From Rhizobiaceae bacterium (GTDB lineage: Bacteria > Pseudomonadota > Alphaproteobacteria > Rhizobiales > Rhizobiaceae): DNA of 32,000 bases. A program made the position numbers and the translations under genes. Of this stretch, positions 7,860 through 17,176 are shown piece by piece (within the stretch, counting starts at the first letter, position 1; the number at the start of each line of letters is the position of its first letter). Where the stretch lies: NCBI GenBank assembly GCA_963921345.3, contig OZ001228.1, positions 670,536 to 702,535 on the forward strand. The letters run 5' to 3'. Under the pieces are notes generated by a model that ran no database searches, was not told the DNA's origin, and worked only from the letters and a program-made list of their open reading frames with translations.

Positions 7860-9334
7860 CCGTCCACGCCCCGGTCATCGATTTCCTGCCGTACCAGAAG
7901 GCGTGGATGAACGACCCGTCACGCTTCAAGATCGGCATGATCACGCGGCGCGGCGGCAAGACCTTTGCCACCGTGGGCGAGGCGGTCGACGACTGCATCA
8001 ATGCGGAGATCGAGCGCCGCAAGACGCGTTGGACGATCCTCAGCCGATCGGAGGCCACGGCCCGCGAGGCCGTCGACGAGGCGGCCCGGCCGATGACCAG
8101 CGCCTGGTACGAGGTCTATTCGACCCTGGCCAGACGCGGCCGGCCGGAATTCAGCGAAGAGGACTTCGTCGTCCCGGCCCATACCAGGCAACTGATCCAG
8201 ATGGGCCAGGTCTTCGAGGTCCATGTCGAGCAGGCCACCTACAAGGCGCAGGAAGTGCGCTTTCCGGGCGGCTCAAGGATTACCGCGATCTCCGCCTCGC
8301 CGCACGCCGCACGCGGCTTTGGCGGCAACCTGATCCTCGACGAGTTCGCCTTCCACCAGGACAGCCGCCGCATCTGGGGCGCCGCCTTTCCGGTCGCCGC
8401 GCGCGGCAGGCACAAGATCCGCATCATCTCGACCCCGAACGGCAAGGGCAACAAGTTCTACGAGATCATGACCACGCCGGACAATGGCTGGTCGAAGCAC
8501 CATGTCGACATTCATGAGGCCGTCGAACAGGGCCTCGACGTCGACCCCGATGAACTGCGCAGGGCGCTCAACGACGAAGACGTCTGGGCGCAGGAGTTCA
8601 TGCTCAAATGGATGGAGGCCGCCAGTGCGTGGCTCACCCATGAACTGATCTCGTCCTGCGAGGACCCGCGCGCCGGTCACCCCGAGGTCTATGCCGGCGG
8701 CCTGTGCTTCGTCGGCGTCGATATCGCGGCAAGGAACGACCTGTTCGTGATCTGGGTCGCAGAGATGGTCGGCGGCCAGTTGATCACCCGGGAAATCATC
8801 ACGGATCGCAAGATCAGCTTCGCACGCCAGGACGATATGCTGGCCGATGTGTTCCGCCGCTATCGTGTGGTGCGTTGCTGCATGGACCAGACCGGCATGG
8901 GCGAAAAGCCGGTCGAGGATGCCAGAAGGGCGCATGGGACAAGCCGTGTCGACGGCATCCTGTTCAGCGTCACGTCCAAGCTGGACCTGGCGATCGGCAT
9001 GAAGGATCGCATGGAAGAACGCGGCCTGCTCATTCCCGAAGGCGATCCCCTGCTGCGCGCCGACCTGCATGCGATCAAGTCGGTCACGGGCGCGACCGGA
9101 ATCCGCCGCCTGATAGCCGATGGCGACACGGATGGTCATGCCGACCGGTTCTGGGCCGCCGCACTGGCCTGCGCGGCCGCGGGCTCGACCGCGGGCCCCT
9201 TCGAGATGCGAGTGGGGCCGCAACTGGCCACCACGGCGCTCGGCGGCGGTCCGGGGGGCGCGGCGGGCTACCGCGTCGATCCGCATCTCAACATCGTCCG
9301 CTCGCCGCTGGCGGGCCCTGTCGGCTGGAGGTGA
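7856..9334 (+). CDS. terminase large subunit (Mu gp28-like)
   Basis: ATG 7856 (residue 164 of ORF 7367..9334) overlaps the gp27 stop. LPYQKAWMND, P-loop-like TRRGGKTF, Walker B LILDEFAF, C-terminal nuclease-like VGVDIAARNDLFV. Confidence 0.85.
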   Translation: MTVHAPVIDFLPYQKAWMNDPSRFKIGMITRRGGKTFATVGEAVDDCINAEIERRKTRWTILSRSEATAREAVDEAARPMTSAWYEVYSTLARRGRPEFSEEDFVVPAHTRQLIQMGQVFEVHVEQATYKAQEVRFPGGSRITAISASPHAARGFGGNLILDEFAFHQDSRRIWGAAFPVAARGRHKIRIISTPNGKGNKFYEIMTTPDNGWSKHHVDIHEAVEQGLDVDPDELRRALNDEDVWAQEFMLKWMEAASAWLTHELISSCEDPRAGHPEVYAGGLCFVGVDIAARNDLFVIWVAEMVGGQLITREIITDRKISFARQDDMLADVFRRYRVVRCCMDQTGMGEKPVEDARRAHGTSRVDGILFSVTSKLDLAIGMKDRMEERGLLIPEGDPLLRADLHAIKSVTGATGIRRLIADGDTDGHADRFWAAALACAAAGSTAGPFEMRVGPQLATTALGGGPGGAAGYRVDPHLNIVRSPLAGPVGWR

Positions 9335-9340
9335 CGCGCC

Positions 9341-10915
9341 ATGGATACCAGGGACACCGAGATCCCCAAACGCCCCGATACCGAAGAACAGACCGCGCCG
9401 CAGCTGACCGCGCGGCTGGGCGGCCTCGGCGTCTGGGGCCAGACCGCCGGCTGGCTGGAGGGCCTGGGATCGGGCCTTGCCGGAACGGCCGGCGGCTTCA
9501 CGGCGGGAGCGTTTGGCGACAATGCCGCGATCGACGCCGCCGAGATCGCGCTCACCGACAGCAAGGTATCGGCCGTGCTGGGTCAGCGCATCGACGGGCT
9601 GCTGGCGGCGCCGCTGATGATCGAGCCCGCCAGCGACACCCCGCTGGACGTGGCGGCCGCCGACGATCTGCGCGCGCAGTTGCAGGCCATCGACATGAAC
9701 CGCGTCAGCCGCGCGCTCCTGCACGCGATCTGGTACGGCTACGCCCTCAGCGAGTGCCTGTGGGCGATCGACGGCCGGCGGGTGCGGCTCGTCGACATCC
9801 GCAGCCGCGATCCGCGCCTCATCCGCTACGACTGGACCACGCTGGAACCGCTGTTGGTGACGCGCGGCCAGCCCGGCGGCATCAACCTGCCGCCGGCCAA
9901 ATACATCCTGCATCGCAACCCGCCGCGCCATGGCGGGCAGCCCTTCGGGCTCGGCGCCGCGCACTGGTGCATCTGGCCGGTCTGGCTCAAGCGGCAGGCG
10001 ATGCGCATGTGGTCGGTGGCGCTGGAGAAGTTCGGCACGCCGACGCTGGTGGGCAAACACTTGCGCGATGCCCCCAAAAGCCAGGTGGACGCGTTGCTGG
10101 CCACGATGGCCGCGGCGATCAGCGCCAGTTGCATCGCCCTTCCCGACGACCAGGACGTGCAGATCCTGGCCGCCGCGAAATCCGGCACATCGGGCGGCTC
10201 GGGTGGTTCCGGCGGCGGCGATTTCAAGGCCATGGTCGCCGCCCTCGACCGCATGATCGCAGAGGCCGTCGTCGGCCAGCACGCAACCTCCGAAATCGGC
10301 CAGCACGTGGGCACCGCGCAGGTCCAGAACGAAACACTCCAGGCGCTGATCGCCAGCGACGAACACAGGCTCTCCGAATGCCTGCGCTCCACCGTGGCGA
10401 CATGGCTCACCGCCTGGAACTTCCCGGGCGCCGCCGTCCCGCGCCTGCGACGCGACACCGCGCCGCCGGAGGACCTGGAAGCCCGCGCCCGACGCGACCT
10501 CTATATCGCAAAGGCGTCCGGCCGAAGACCTGCGGCCGACTATGTCGAGGAGGTCTATGGCGGCACATGGGAAGAGGCCGCACCCGACCCCGGTGCGGAC
10601 CCCGCCAGGTTCGCGGCGGCCGCCGCTCCGACCGACGCAATCACCGGCCTCGTCAATCACCTCATCGGCGAGGACATCGCGCTCGAGGCCGCCGCCGCAA
10701 CCGTGCTGCCCGTCGAAGAGGCCATCGCCGGGGCGACATCGCTTCAGGACCTGCGCACCCGGCTCGACCGCATCGCACAGGCACCACCGCCGGACGCTCT
10801 GACACAGCTCTACGCCCGCGCCGACTTCATCGCGGGCATGGCCGGAAACGCCGGCGTTCCGCTGGGCCATGCGTCGGGAGGACCCGACGGTGATGAAGAC
10901 GATCCGCAGACCTGA
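9341..10915 (+). CDS. portal protein (Mu gp29-like, DUF935 type)
   Basis: 524 aa ORF directly after TerL. Size and position fit; internal region resembles DUF935 portals. Confidence 0.75.
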   Translation: MDTRDTEIPKRPDTEEQTAPQLTARLGGLGVWGQTAGWLEGLGSGLAGTAGGFTAGAFGDNAAIDAAEIALTDSKVSAVLGQRIDGLLAAPLMIEPASDTPLDVAAADDLRAQLQAIDMNRVSRALLHAIWYGYALSECLWAIDGRRVRLVDIRSRDPRLIRYDWTTLEPLLVTRGQPGGINLPPAKYILHRNPPRHGGQPFGLGAAHWCIWPVWLKRQAMRMWSVALEKFGTPTLVGKHLRDAPKSQVDALLATMAAAISASCIALPDDQDVQILAAAKSGTSGGSGGSGGGDFKAMVAALDRMIAEAVVGQHATSEIGQHVGTAQVQNETLQALIASDEHRLSECLRSTVATWLTAWNFPGAAVPRLRRDTAPPEDLEARARRDLYIAKASGRRPAADYVEEVYGGTWEEAAPDPGADPARFAAAAAPTDAITGLVNHLIGEDIALEAAAATVLPVEEAIAGATSLQDLRTRLDRIAQAPPPDALTQLYARADFIAGMAGNAGVPLGHASGGPDGDEDDPQT

Positions 10916-12288
10916 TGCCTGATCCGATTGATCTCAGCCCCCCGGTGAAGGCCATCGGCCTCGATCCCCAGGAGGCGATTGAATTCTTCCGCTCCAAAGG
11001 CTACGCACCGCCCGAAAGCCGGTTTTCCTATCGCGACTGGTTCGGCGCATCACACGCCCGCGGCTTCGTCGTCGCCAAGGCCATGCAGGACGATCTGCTC
11101 GCAACCATCCGTGAGGCCGTCGATGACAGCCTTGCAAAAGGCCTGACCCTGGACAACTTCAACGACACGCTCATCCCCAAGCTCAAGGCCGCCGGCTGGT
11201 GGGGCCAGAAGACCATGCGCGATCCGCTCACAGGCGAAATGCGAACCGTCCAGCTCGGCTCCAGGCGCCGCCTCGCCGTCATCTTCGACACGAACCTGAG
11301 AACCTCATACGCCGCCGGCAAATGGACCCGCATCCAGCGTACGAAGGACCTGCTGCCCTACCTGCTCTATACACAGCTCCAGAGGGTCACCAAGCGCGAG
11401 GCGCACACACGCTTCCACCGCCTGGTCCTGCCCGCCGATCATCCGCTGTGGGCCACCCACTATCCACCCAACGGATATTACTGCGCCTGCACCGTGCGCC
11501 AGATGAGCCGGACCATGCTGGACAACGAGGGGATCGCCGTCTCGGCCGAACCGCCGATCAAGTACAAGACCTGGACCGATCCCCGAACCGGCCGACGGCT
11601 GCGGGTGCCCGAAGGCATCACTCCGGGCTTCGACACCAATCCCGGAGCCACCTTTCTCGCCGACCAAGGACGCCATGACAGCATCGCGGGTGACCTCACC
11701 CCGGAAGCCCGCGGAGCCGAACTGGGACTGATCCACGAAGCCCGAAGCCGGGGGCTCAGAACCGGCAGCCGCCATCTCGCCGCGATGGATAACGACATGC
11801 CGAGCGGTTGGATCGACGGAGGATCACAACGCCCGCTGCCCGATGACACGCTCAAGGTCCGGCTCGCCGATCCCGCCGCAAGCATCGCGCTGATCCGAAA
11901 CCAGCCGGCATCGCAGGGCCTGTCGTCCGCCGACCTGCAAGACCTCGAAACATGGCCAGGCCTTTCCCGCACCGTCGCCGTCGCCCACGACGGATCCCTC
12001 CACAGGGCAAGCCTGCGAGCCGAAACACCGCAGCCCGGCCTCGCCGCCGCGACCGCATCACTGCTGAATATCGCCCGCCAGAAGATCCGCTCCATGAGCG
12101 AGCCTGGAACCGACGACCGCGTCATCGAGACGCTCGCCATCCTCGCCACTGCACGAACGCTCGATCGCGCCGGACTGATCGACTACGCATGGACCCTCGC
12201 AGGCGGCAGCAAGCTGATGCTCGACAACTTCGGCACAAGCCGCATGGACAGTCTGGTCGCCGAAATGGCCGCCAGCCTCACGCCCTGA
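10915..12288 (+). CDS. MuF-like head morphogenesis protein (Mu gp30 family)
   Basis: HTRFHRLVLPADHPLWATHYPPNGYYCACTVRQMS is the characteristic Phage_Mu_F core. Follows the portal gene with a TGATG overlap. Confidence 0.8.
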   Translation: MPDPIDLSPPVKAIGLDPQEAIEFFRSKGYAPPESRFSYRDWFGASHARGFVVAKAMQDDLLATIREAVDDSLAKGLTLDNFNDTLIPKLKAAGWWGQKTMRDPLTGEMRTVQLGSRRRLAVIFDTNLRTSYAAGKWTRIQRTKDLLPYLLYTQLQRVTKREAHTRFHRLVLPADHPLWATHYPPNGYYCACTVRQMSRTMLDNEGIAVSAEPPIKYKTWTDPRTGRRLRVPEGITPGFDTNPGATFLADQGRHDSIAGDLTPEARGAELGLIHEARSRGLRTGSRHLAAMDNDMPSGWIDGGSQRPLPDDTLKVRLADPAASIALIRNQPASQGLSSADLQDLETWPGLSRTVAVAHDGSLHRASLRAETPQPGLAAATASLLNIARQKIRSMSEPGTDDRVIETLAILATARTLDRAGLIDYAWTLAGGSKLMLDNFGTSRMDSLVAEMAASLTP

Positions 12289-12319
12289 ACAAGGAAGAAT
12301 ACCGGCGCGATTTTACAGG

Positions 12320-12489
12320 CCGTTTAACACCCTCGAAAACGCAGGAAAAAACACCGTTTAAACGACCTTCAGGCAAGCCGATCCGCCGGGATTGAGCAAA
12401 TCACCGTCGCATGGCCGTTTCCAGACCGCGCCCTCCAATCGGCAAGATACTACCCGCAGACCCCCTACGTTACCGCCGTTTCGGTACTC
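12320..12489 (+). repeat. four direct CCGTTT(N3-5)AC motifs in the non-coding spacer
   Basis: CCGTTTAACACC (12320), CCGTTTAAACGACC (12354), CCGTTTCCAGACC (12415), CCGTTTCGGTACTC (12476). The last two spacings are both 61 bp. Confidence 0.6.
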
Positions 12490-12490
12490 T

Positions 12491-12530
12491 CATCCGGCTT
12501 CATCCGGGAACTTCCGGCTTCTTCCGGTTT
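12491..12530 (+). repeat. 4 x 10-bp tandem repeat, consensus CWTCCGGNTT
   Basis: CATCCGGCTT CATCCGGGAA CTTCCGGCTT CTTCCGGTTT, read directly from the sequence. One helical turn per unit. Confidence 0.85.
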
Positions 12531-15500
12531 GAGCATTATTTATGTCGTCCTACACTTCCTGCTGGCGGACGATCCAGGTGCCGGCAAGACGATCATGGCC
12601 GGCCTTTTGATGAAGGAACTGATCGCGCGCGGCGATCTAGAACGCTGCCTGATTGTCGCACCGGGCAGCCTGGTCGAACAGTGGCAGGACGAACTCGGCG
12701 AGAAGTTCGCGCTCGAATTCGACATCCTGACGCGCGACATGATCGAGACCGCACGATCCGGCAATGTGTTCAAGGACCGCGACCGCCTGATCGTCCGGCT
12801 CGATGTGCTGGCGCGCAACGAAGAGCTTCAGGACAAACTGCTCGGATCGCCGGAATGGGACCTGATCATCTGCGACGAGGCGCACCGCATGTCGGCGACC
12901 TGGTTCGGCGGCGACGTCAAATACACCAAGCGCTACCAGGTCGGCCAGAAATTGGGGCGGATCTGCCGTCACCTGCTGTTGATGTCGGCAACGCCACACA
13001 ACGGCAAGGAAGAGGACTTCCAGTTGTTCATGGCGCTGCTTGACGGCGACCGGTTCGAGAGTCGTTTCCGCGACGGCGTACACTATGCCGACACCGAAGA
13101 CATGATGCGCCGGCTCACCAAGGAGGAACTGCTGCGCTTCGATGGACGACCGCTGTTTCCCGAGCGGCGCGCCTATACGGTGAAATACGATCTGTCGCCG
13201 AAGGAAGCGGCACTATATGCGGCGGTGACGGATTATGTCCGCACCGAGATGAACCGGGTACAGCGCTTTGCCGCGACAGACGGCAGGAAGCTCAACACGG
13301 TGGGCTTCGCCCTGCAGATCCTGCAGCGGCGCCTCGCCTCTTCGCCTGCTGCCATCCACAGGTCGCTGATGCGCCGGCGCGAGCGCCTTGAGAGCGAACT
13401 CGCCGAAGCGCGGCTCGCCGCAAGGGGCGGCCGGGCCTCGATCAATGCGACCGATGTCGGCGACGACATCCTGCGCAATATCGATGAATATGGCCAGGAG
13501 GATGTCGACGACCTGGAGGAACGGATATCGACCGGCGCGACCACGGCGGAAACGATTGAGCAACTGGCGATCGAGGTCGAGACGCTGAAGTATCTCGAAG
13601 CAGAGGCCCTGGGCGTGCTGGCTTCCGGCGAGGACACGAAATGGCGGCAACTCGACCGCATCCTCGATGACAACCTGATGGTTGATGGCGACGGCAATCG
13701 CCGCAAGCTGATCATCTTCACCGAACCCAAGGACACGCTGCACTATCTGTGCGACAAGGTGCGCGCCCGGCTGGGCAGGCCGGAGGCCGTCGATGTCATT
13801 CATGGCGCGGTGACGCGCGAAGAGCGCCGCAAGGTGATCGAACGCTTCATGCAGGACCGCGACCTGCTGGTGCTGATCGCCAACGATGCCGCCGGCGAAG
13901 GCGTCAACCTGCAGCGCGGCCATCTGATGGTGAACTACGACCTGCCGTGGAACCCGAACAGGATCGAACAGCGCTTCGGACGCATCCACCGGATCGGCCA
14001 GACCGAGGTCTGCCACCTGTGGAACATCGTTGCGGCGGACACGCGCGAAGGCGAGGTCTATGGCCGCCTGCTGGAAAAGCTGGAGGCCGCACGCGCTGCC
14101 CTTGGCGGGCGCGTCTACGATGTGCTCGGCGAGTTGTTCGAAGGTGTCGCGCTGAAGGACCTTCTGATCGAAGCCATCCTCTACGGTGAAAGGGATGAAG
14201 TGCGCGAGCGCCTGTTCCGACAGGTCGACGGCGTGGTCGATCAGACTCACCTGCTCGACCTTCTCAAGCGCCGCGCGCTGACGAATGACACCATGCCGCA
14301 GGCGAAGGTCCGGAAACTGCGCCTCGACATGGAACGGGCGGAAGCGCAGCGGCTTCAGCCGCATCACGTGCAGAGCTTCTTTGTCGAGGCGTTTCAGCGG
14401 CTGGGCGGCCGGTTGAAGGCGCGGGAGGATGGCCGCTGGGAGATCACGCATGTCCCCGTGCGCCTTCGCGAACGCGACCGGCAGATCGGAACCGGTGCTC
14501 CGGTCCAGAAGAAATACGAGCGCATCTGCTTCGACAAGGCCGGGATCAACCGGCAACCGGTCGCGGCCTTCATCTGTCCGGGTCACCCGCTGCTTGAAGC
14601 GGTCATCAGCATCGCGCGCGAAGATCACGGCCACCTGATGAAGCAGGGCGCGGTCATGATCGACGATGCCGACGACAGCATGGCACTGTCGGCCATCTTC
14701 CTCATCGAACACAGCGTGCAGGACGGCTGTCGTACCGGCGCAGACAGGCCGCACATTGTTTCGCAAAGGCTGCAATTCGCGGCGATTGCTGAAACCGGTG
14801 TGACGACCGATGCCGGGATCGCGCCGCACCTCAACCTGCGTCCGGCCGATGCGGACGAGATCGCACACGCCGAAGACCTGCTCGATCAGGACTGGCTGAC
14901 GTCCGACCTGGAAAAACCCGCGCTGGAATTCGCGACCGTGGAATTGGCGCAGCGGCATGTTGCGGAGGTGAAGGCACGGCGCCTTCCCGAGATCGACAAG
15001 GTCGCGGCCGAGGTCAAGGCGCGGCTTGGCAGGGAAATCAATCACTGGGACAAACGCGCCGCCGAGCTTCGGGAAGAGGAAAAGGCCGGCAAGAAGACCC
15101 GCCTCAACTGGCAGAACGCCGAGCGCCGTGCCGAGGAACTTGCCGAACGGCTGAAGCGCCGGCAGGCACAGCTTGACGCGGAACGGCTGATCACCGCGCA
15201 ACCGCCCCGTGTGCGCGGCGGTATGGTCGTCATTCCGCGCGGCCTGCTCGAAGAACGTCGTGGCGATGCGGTGAAAGACGGCATGGCACCGCCGGGATTT
15301 GCCGAAGACCCGGAAGCGCGCAGCAGGGTAGAGGTCGCCGCCATGGATGCTGTGATGGAGGCGGAAAAGGCGCTAGGCAACCATCCGGAAGATGTTTCGG
15401 CGCAGAAGGTCGGCTATGACATCGCCTCCTTCGATCCGACGGCTGACCGCATGCGGTTCATCGAAGTCAAGGGCCGGGTCGAAGGGGCGGATACGGTGAT

Positions 15501-15699
15501 GATCACGCGCCAGGAGGTCATCACCTCGCTGCACGAACCCGACCGGTTCATCCTCGCCATCGTGAGTGTAAAGGACAGTTTTGCGCATGCCCCGCGCTAT
15601 GTGCGCGGACCGCTCGTGGAGCGCGAGCCGTCGTTTTTGGAGACCGCGATACAATTCAGCCTGAAACGCCTGCTGGAGCGGGCGGAGGAGCCGGAATGA
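12529..15699 (+). CDS. SNF2/DEAH-type helicase with C-terminal DUF3883 domain, apparently 5'-truncated
   Basis: Walker A DDPGAGKT sits about 15 codons from the TTG start. DEAH (ICDEAHRM), SATPHNG, helicase-C motifs ANDAAGEGVNLQ and QRFGRIHRIGQ. C-terminal GYDIASFDPTADRMRFIEVKGR...RFILAIV is the DUF3883 signature. No ATG or SD at the 5' end, and the upstream frame is unrelated. Confidence 0.8.
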   Translation: MSIIYVVLHFLLADDPGAGKTIMAGLLMKELIARGDLERCLIVAPGSLVEQWQDELGEKFALEFDILTRDMIETARSGNVFKDRDRLIVRLDVLARNEELQDKLLGSPEWDLIICDEAHRMSATWFGGDVKYTKRYQVGQKLGRICRHLLLMSATPHNGKEEDFQLFMALLDGDRFESRFRDGVHYADTEDMMRRLTKEELLRFDGRPLFPERRAYTVKYDLSPKEAALYAAVTDYVRTEMNRVQRFAATDGRKLNTVGFALQILQRRLASSPAAIHRSLMRRRERLESELAEARLAARGGRASINATDVGDDILRNIDEYGQEDVDDLEERISTGATTAETIEQLAIEVETLKYLEAEALGVLASGEDTKWRQLDRILDDNLMVDGDGNRRKLIIFTEPKDTLHYLCDKVRARLGRPEAVDVIHGAVTREERRKVIERFMQDRDLLVLIANDAAGEGVNLQRGHLMVNYDLPWNPNRIEQRFGRIHRIGQTEVCHLWNIVAADTREGEVYGRLLEKLEAARAALGGRVYDVLGELFEGVALKDLLIEAILYGERDEVRERLFRQVDGVVDQTHLLDLLKRRALTNDTMPQAKVRKLRLDMERAEAQRLQPHHVQSFFVEAFQRLGGRLKAREDGRWEITHVPVRLRERDRQIGTGAPVQKKYERICFDKAGINRQPVAAFICPGHPLLEAVISIAREDHGHLMKQGAVMIDDADDSMALSAIFLIEHSVQDGCRTGADRPHIVSQRLQFAAIAETGVTTDAGIAPHLNLRPADADEIAHAEDLLDQDWLTSDLEKPALEFATVELAQRHVAEVKARRLPEIDKVAAEVKARLGREINHWDKRAAELREEEKAGKKTRLNWQNAERRAEELAERLKRRQAQLDAERLITAQPPRVRGGMVVIPRGLLEERRGDAVKDGMAPPGFAEDPEARSRVEVAAMDAVMEAEKALGNHPEDVSAQKVGYDIASFDPTADRMRFIEVKGRVEGADTVMITRQEVITSLHEPDRFILAIVSVKDSFAHAPRYVRGPLVEREPSFLETAIQFSLKRLLERAEEPE
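12542..12554 (+). repeat. TG..CA-type terminal inverted-repeat-like sequence (ATGTCGTCCTACA)
   Basis: Its reverse complement TGTAGGACGACAT matches 11/13 the left terminus TGTAGGGCGACAG of the IS21-family element at 27640. It lies exactly where helicase homology begins. Confidence 0.45.
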
Positions 15700-17165
15700 G
15701 CAAGACAAGAGAGACCGCTTCGGACAAGCGCAAGCAGCCAAGAAGTATCAGGATCAAGGTGAGCGATTTCGGGCCGATCTCCAAGGGCGAAGTTGACCTT
15801 CGTCCACTCACCGTGTTCGCCGGCCCGAGCAACACTGGCAAGTCCTGGCTGGCGACGCTGATCTATGTAATGGATCAATATCTCAGCGACACTACGAAAT
15901 CTGTATTCAGATGGCCACTGTACCCCAAAAAGGACCCGTCGGTTCGATTTCCCGAGAAGCCCGCCATTTGGCTTGAAAGCATCGGCAACAAAGAAGCGGT
16001 GCCGCTGACCAACAGTGACCGTAAAATACTTGCAACAGCCCTCAAGGCCGATCGTCTCGAATTTGGAACGCAACTCTTGCGCAGCTTTGGACTGACTGAA
16101 CTGCGTCACCTTTCACGCGAGGGCAGCAACCGTACCGCAAGATTCAATTTCTTCGATGAAGATGCTACCCGTTCCCCCGCAACCCGTTATCAATTTGCCA
16201 TTACCGATAATGACAATGTCGCACTCCGAGTGGACATCGCCAATCAATTGAAGCTTGGACTGTTCGAGAATTCGCAACGGCTTTTGGCCGATATCAGTCA
16301 TGACATCCAAACAGATGACGAAGATACCAGGCAAGTGATGCGATTTATTCATCACATTTTTTCGTCCGAAAACAGCAAATTTGCGTTCTATCTGCCGGCG
16401 GACCGTGGCGGGGTGATGCATGCGCACCATACGGTTGTCAGCGCACTTATACAGAATGCATCGCGTGGAGGCCTCATTCGCAATGCACCGTTGCCGATGC
16501 TATCGGGTATACTGGGCGATTTTCTGCAAAACCTTCTAAATGTTGTGCAGAACCAGCAAGGTGGCATGTCCTCCTGGCTTGCTCTCAGGGGCAAAGAACT
16601 GGACGGCGCACGAGCCGACCGTCTAGAGAACAATGTCCTTAACGGGAGGGTCGAGGTTGAAAAATCAAGTGTCGATTACCCGCGCTTTACCTACATTCCA
16701 GATGGGTGGGACAGGCCGCTTTCCCTTGTGGGTGTCTCGTCCATGGTCTCGGAACTGGCCCCGGTGTCGCTTTATCTGCGCCATCATGTCCGGGAGGGTG
16801 ATCTTCTGATTCTCGAGGAACCAGAAGCGCATCTGCATCCCGCCATGCAGGTTGCATTCCTCCGCGAAATCGCGGAATGGGTCAGGCAGGGAATTCGCGT
16901 CATCCTGACGACCCACAGCGAATGGGTGCTTGAGGAACTTGCGAATATCGTGGCAACCGGTGAATCCGATTGCCCTGAAGGACTTCCCAATGAGGATGTC
17001 GGACTTTGGCTGTTCGAAACGATTGACGCCAAAAATCCAGACAAGGGTTCGACAGTGCGTGAAATCCTTTGGGACCCGGATGGTGTCGGATACGATACCG
17101 GCTTTGAAGATGTCGCAATGGCGCTGCACAACGAATGGGTCAATCTCGCGGGAGCTGAGGATTGA
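15696..17165 (+). CDS. ABC/SMC-like AAA ATPase (AAA_15/AAA_21 type)
   Basis: ATG overlaps the helicase stop (ATGA), with a GGAGGAG RBS. Walker A FAGPSNTGKS, Walker B LLILEEPEAHLHP, then ILTTHS. Sampled lines 45-53% GC against 65-70% in flanking genes. Confidence 0.8.
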   Translation: MSKTRETASDKRKQPRSIRIKVSDFGPISKGEVDLRPLTVFAGPSNTGKSWLATLIYVMDQYLSDTTKSVFRWPLYPKKDPSVRFPEKPAIWLESIGNKEAVPLTNSDRKILATALKADRLEFGTQLLRSFGLTELRHLSREGSNRTARFNFFDEDATRSPATRYQFAITDNDNVALRVDIANQLKLGLFENSQRLLADISHDIQTDDEDTRQVMRFIHHIFSSENSKFAFYLPADRGGVMHAHHTVVSALIQNASRGGLIRNAPLPMLSGILGDFLQNLLNVVQNQQGGMSSWLALRGKELDGARADRLENNVLNGRVEVEKSSVDYPRFTYIPDGWDRPLSLVGVSSMVSELAPVSLYLRHHVREGDLLILEEPEAHLHPAMQVAFLREIAEWVRQGIRVILTTHSEWVLEELANIVATGESDCPEGLPNEDVGLWLFETIDAKNPDKGSTVREILWDPDGVGYDTGFEDVAMALHNEWVNLAGAED

Positions 17166-17176
17166 AAGGCGGCTTG

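Larger units (their letters stand above)
1..12288 (+). mobile_element. Mu-like transposable prophage fragment (transposition/early genes, Mor-type activator, terminase-portal-MuF head module; capsid, tail and lysis modules absent)
   Basis: Gene order A(partial)-B-...-Gam-...-GemA-...-Mor-...-gp27-TerL-portal-MuF, all on + strand. Most junctions have overlapping stop/start codons: ATGA or GTGA at 531, 1864, 3091, 3357, 4073, 4591, 5034, 6203, 7856; TGATG at 7007 and 10915. Confidence 0.8.

Noticed and set aside
8273-10870. 865-aa minus-strand ORF, plus the 729-aa out-of-frame + ORF at 8704..10893
   Set aside because: Both overlap the well-supported terminase and portal genes. Their translations are Arg/Gly/Ala/Pro-rich low-complexity sequence, typical of shadow frames in high-GC DNA, and I recognise no domain.
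10915-12288. Possibility that the ~200-aa region C-terminal to the MuF core is a polymorphic toxin domain, as in MuF-toxin fusions
   Set aside because: At 457 aa the protein is close to ordinary Mu gp30-type proteins. I see no recognisable toxin motif and no adjacent immunity-like small ORF.
12493-12502. TCCGGCTTCA as a Mu-type right terminus, given its resemblance to the Mu attR end CGCCGCTTCA with TTTCG ~20 nt upstream
   Set aside because: It falls inside the 10-bp tandem repeat, and the next 50 nt are not helicase sequence. The terminus-like ATGTCGTCCTACA at 12542-12554 fits the homology breakpoint better. I keep this only as an alternative.
12289-12528. tRNA gene or integrase att site at the prophage/island junction
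   Set aside because: I could not fold any cloverleaf-like segment, and no tyrosine or serine integrase is present. The phage is of the transposable (Mu) type, which does not use tRNA att sites.
12411-13043. 210-aa + strand ORF spanning the junction spacer and the helicase 5' region
   Set aside because: It is out of frame with the clear helicase motifs it overlaps. The translation is Arg/Pro-rich with no recognisable domain.
13213-15201. 662-aa minus-strand ORF antisense to the helicase. Similar cases: 4806..6122, 17485..19164, 20300..21529, 21872..22690 and 28054..29092.
   Set aside because: All are antisense to genes with clear catalytic motifs on the + strand. Compositional bias and lack of motifs indicate shadow ORFs.
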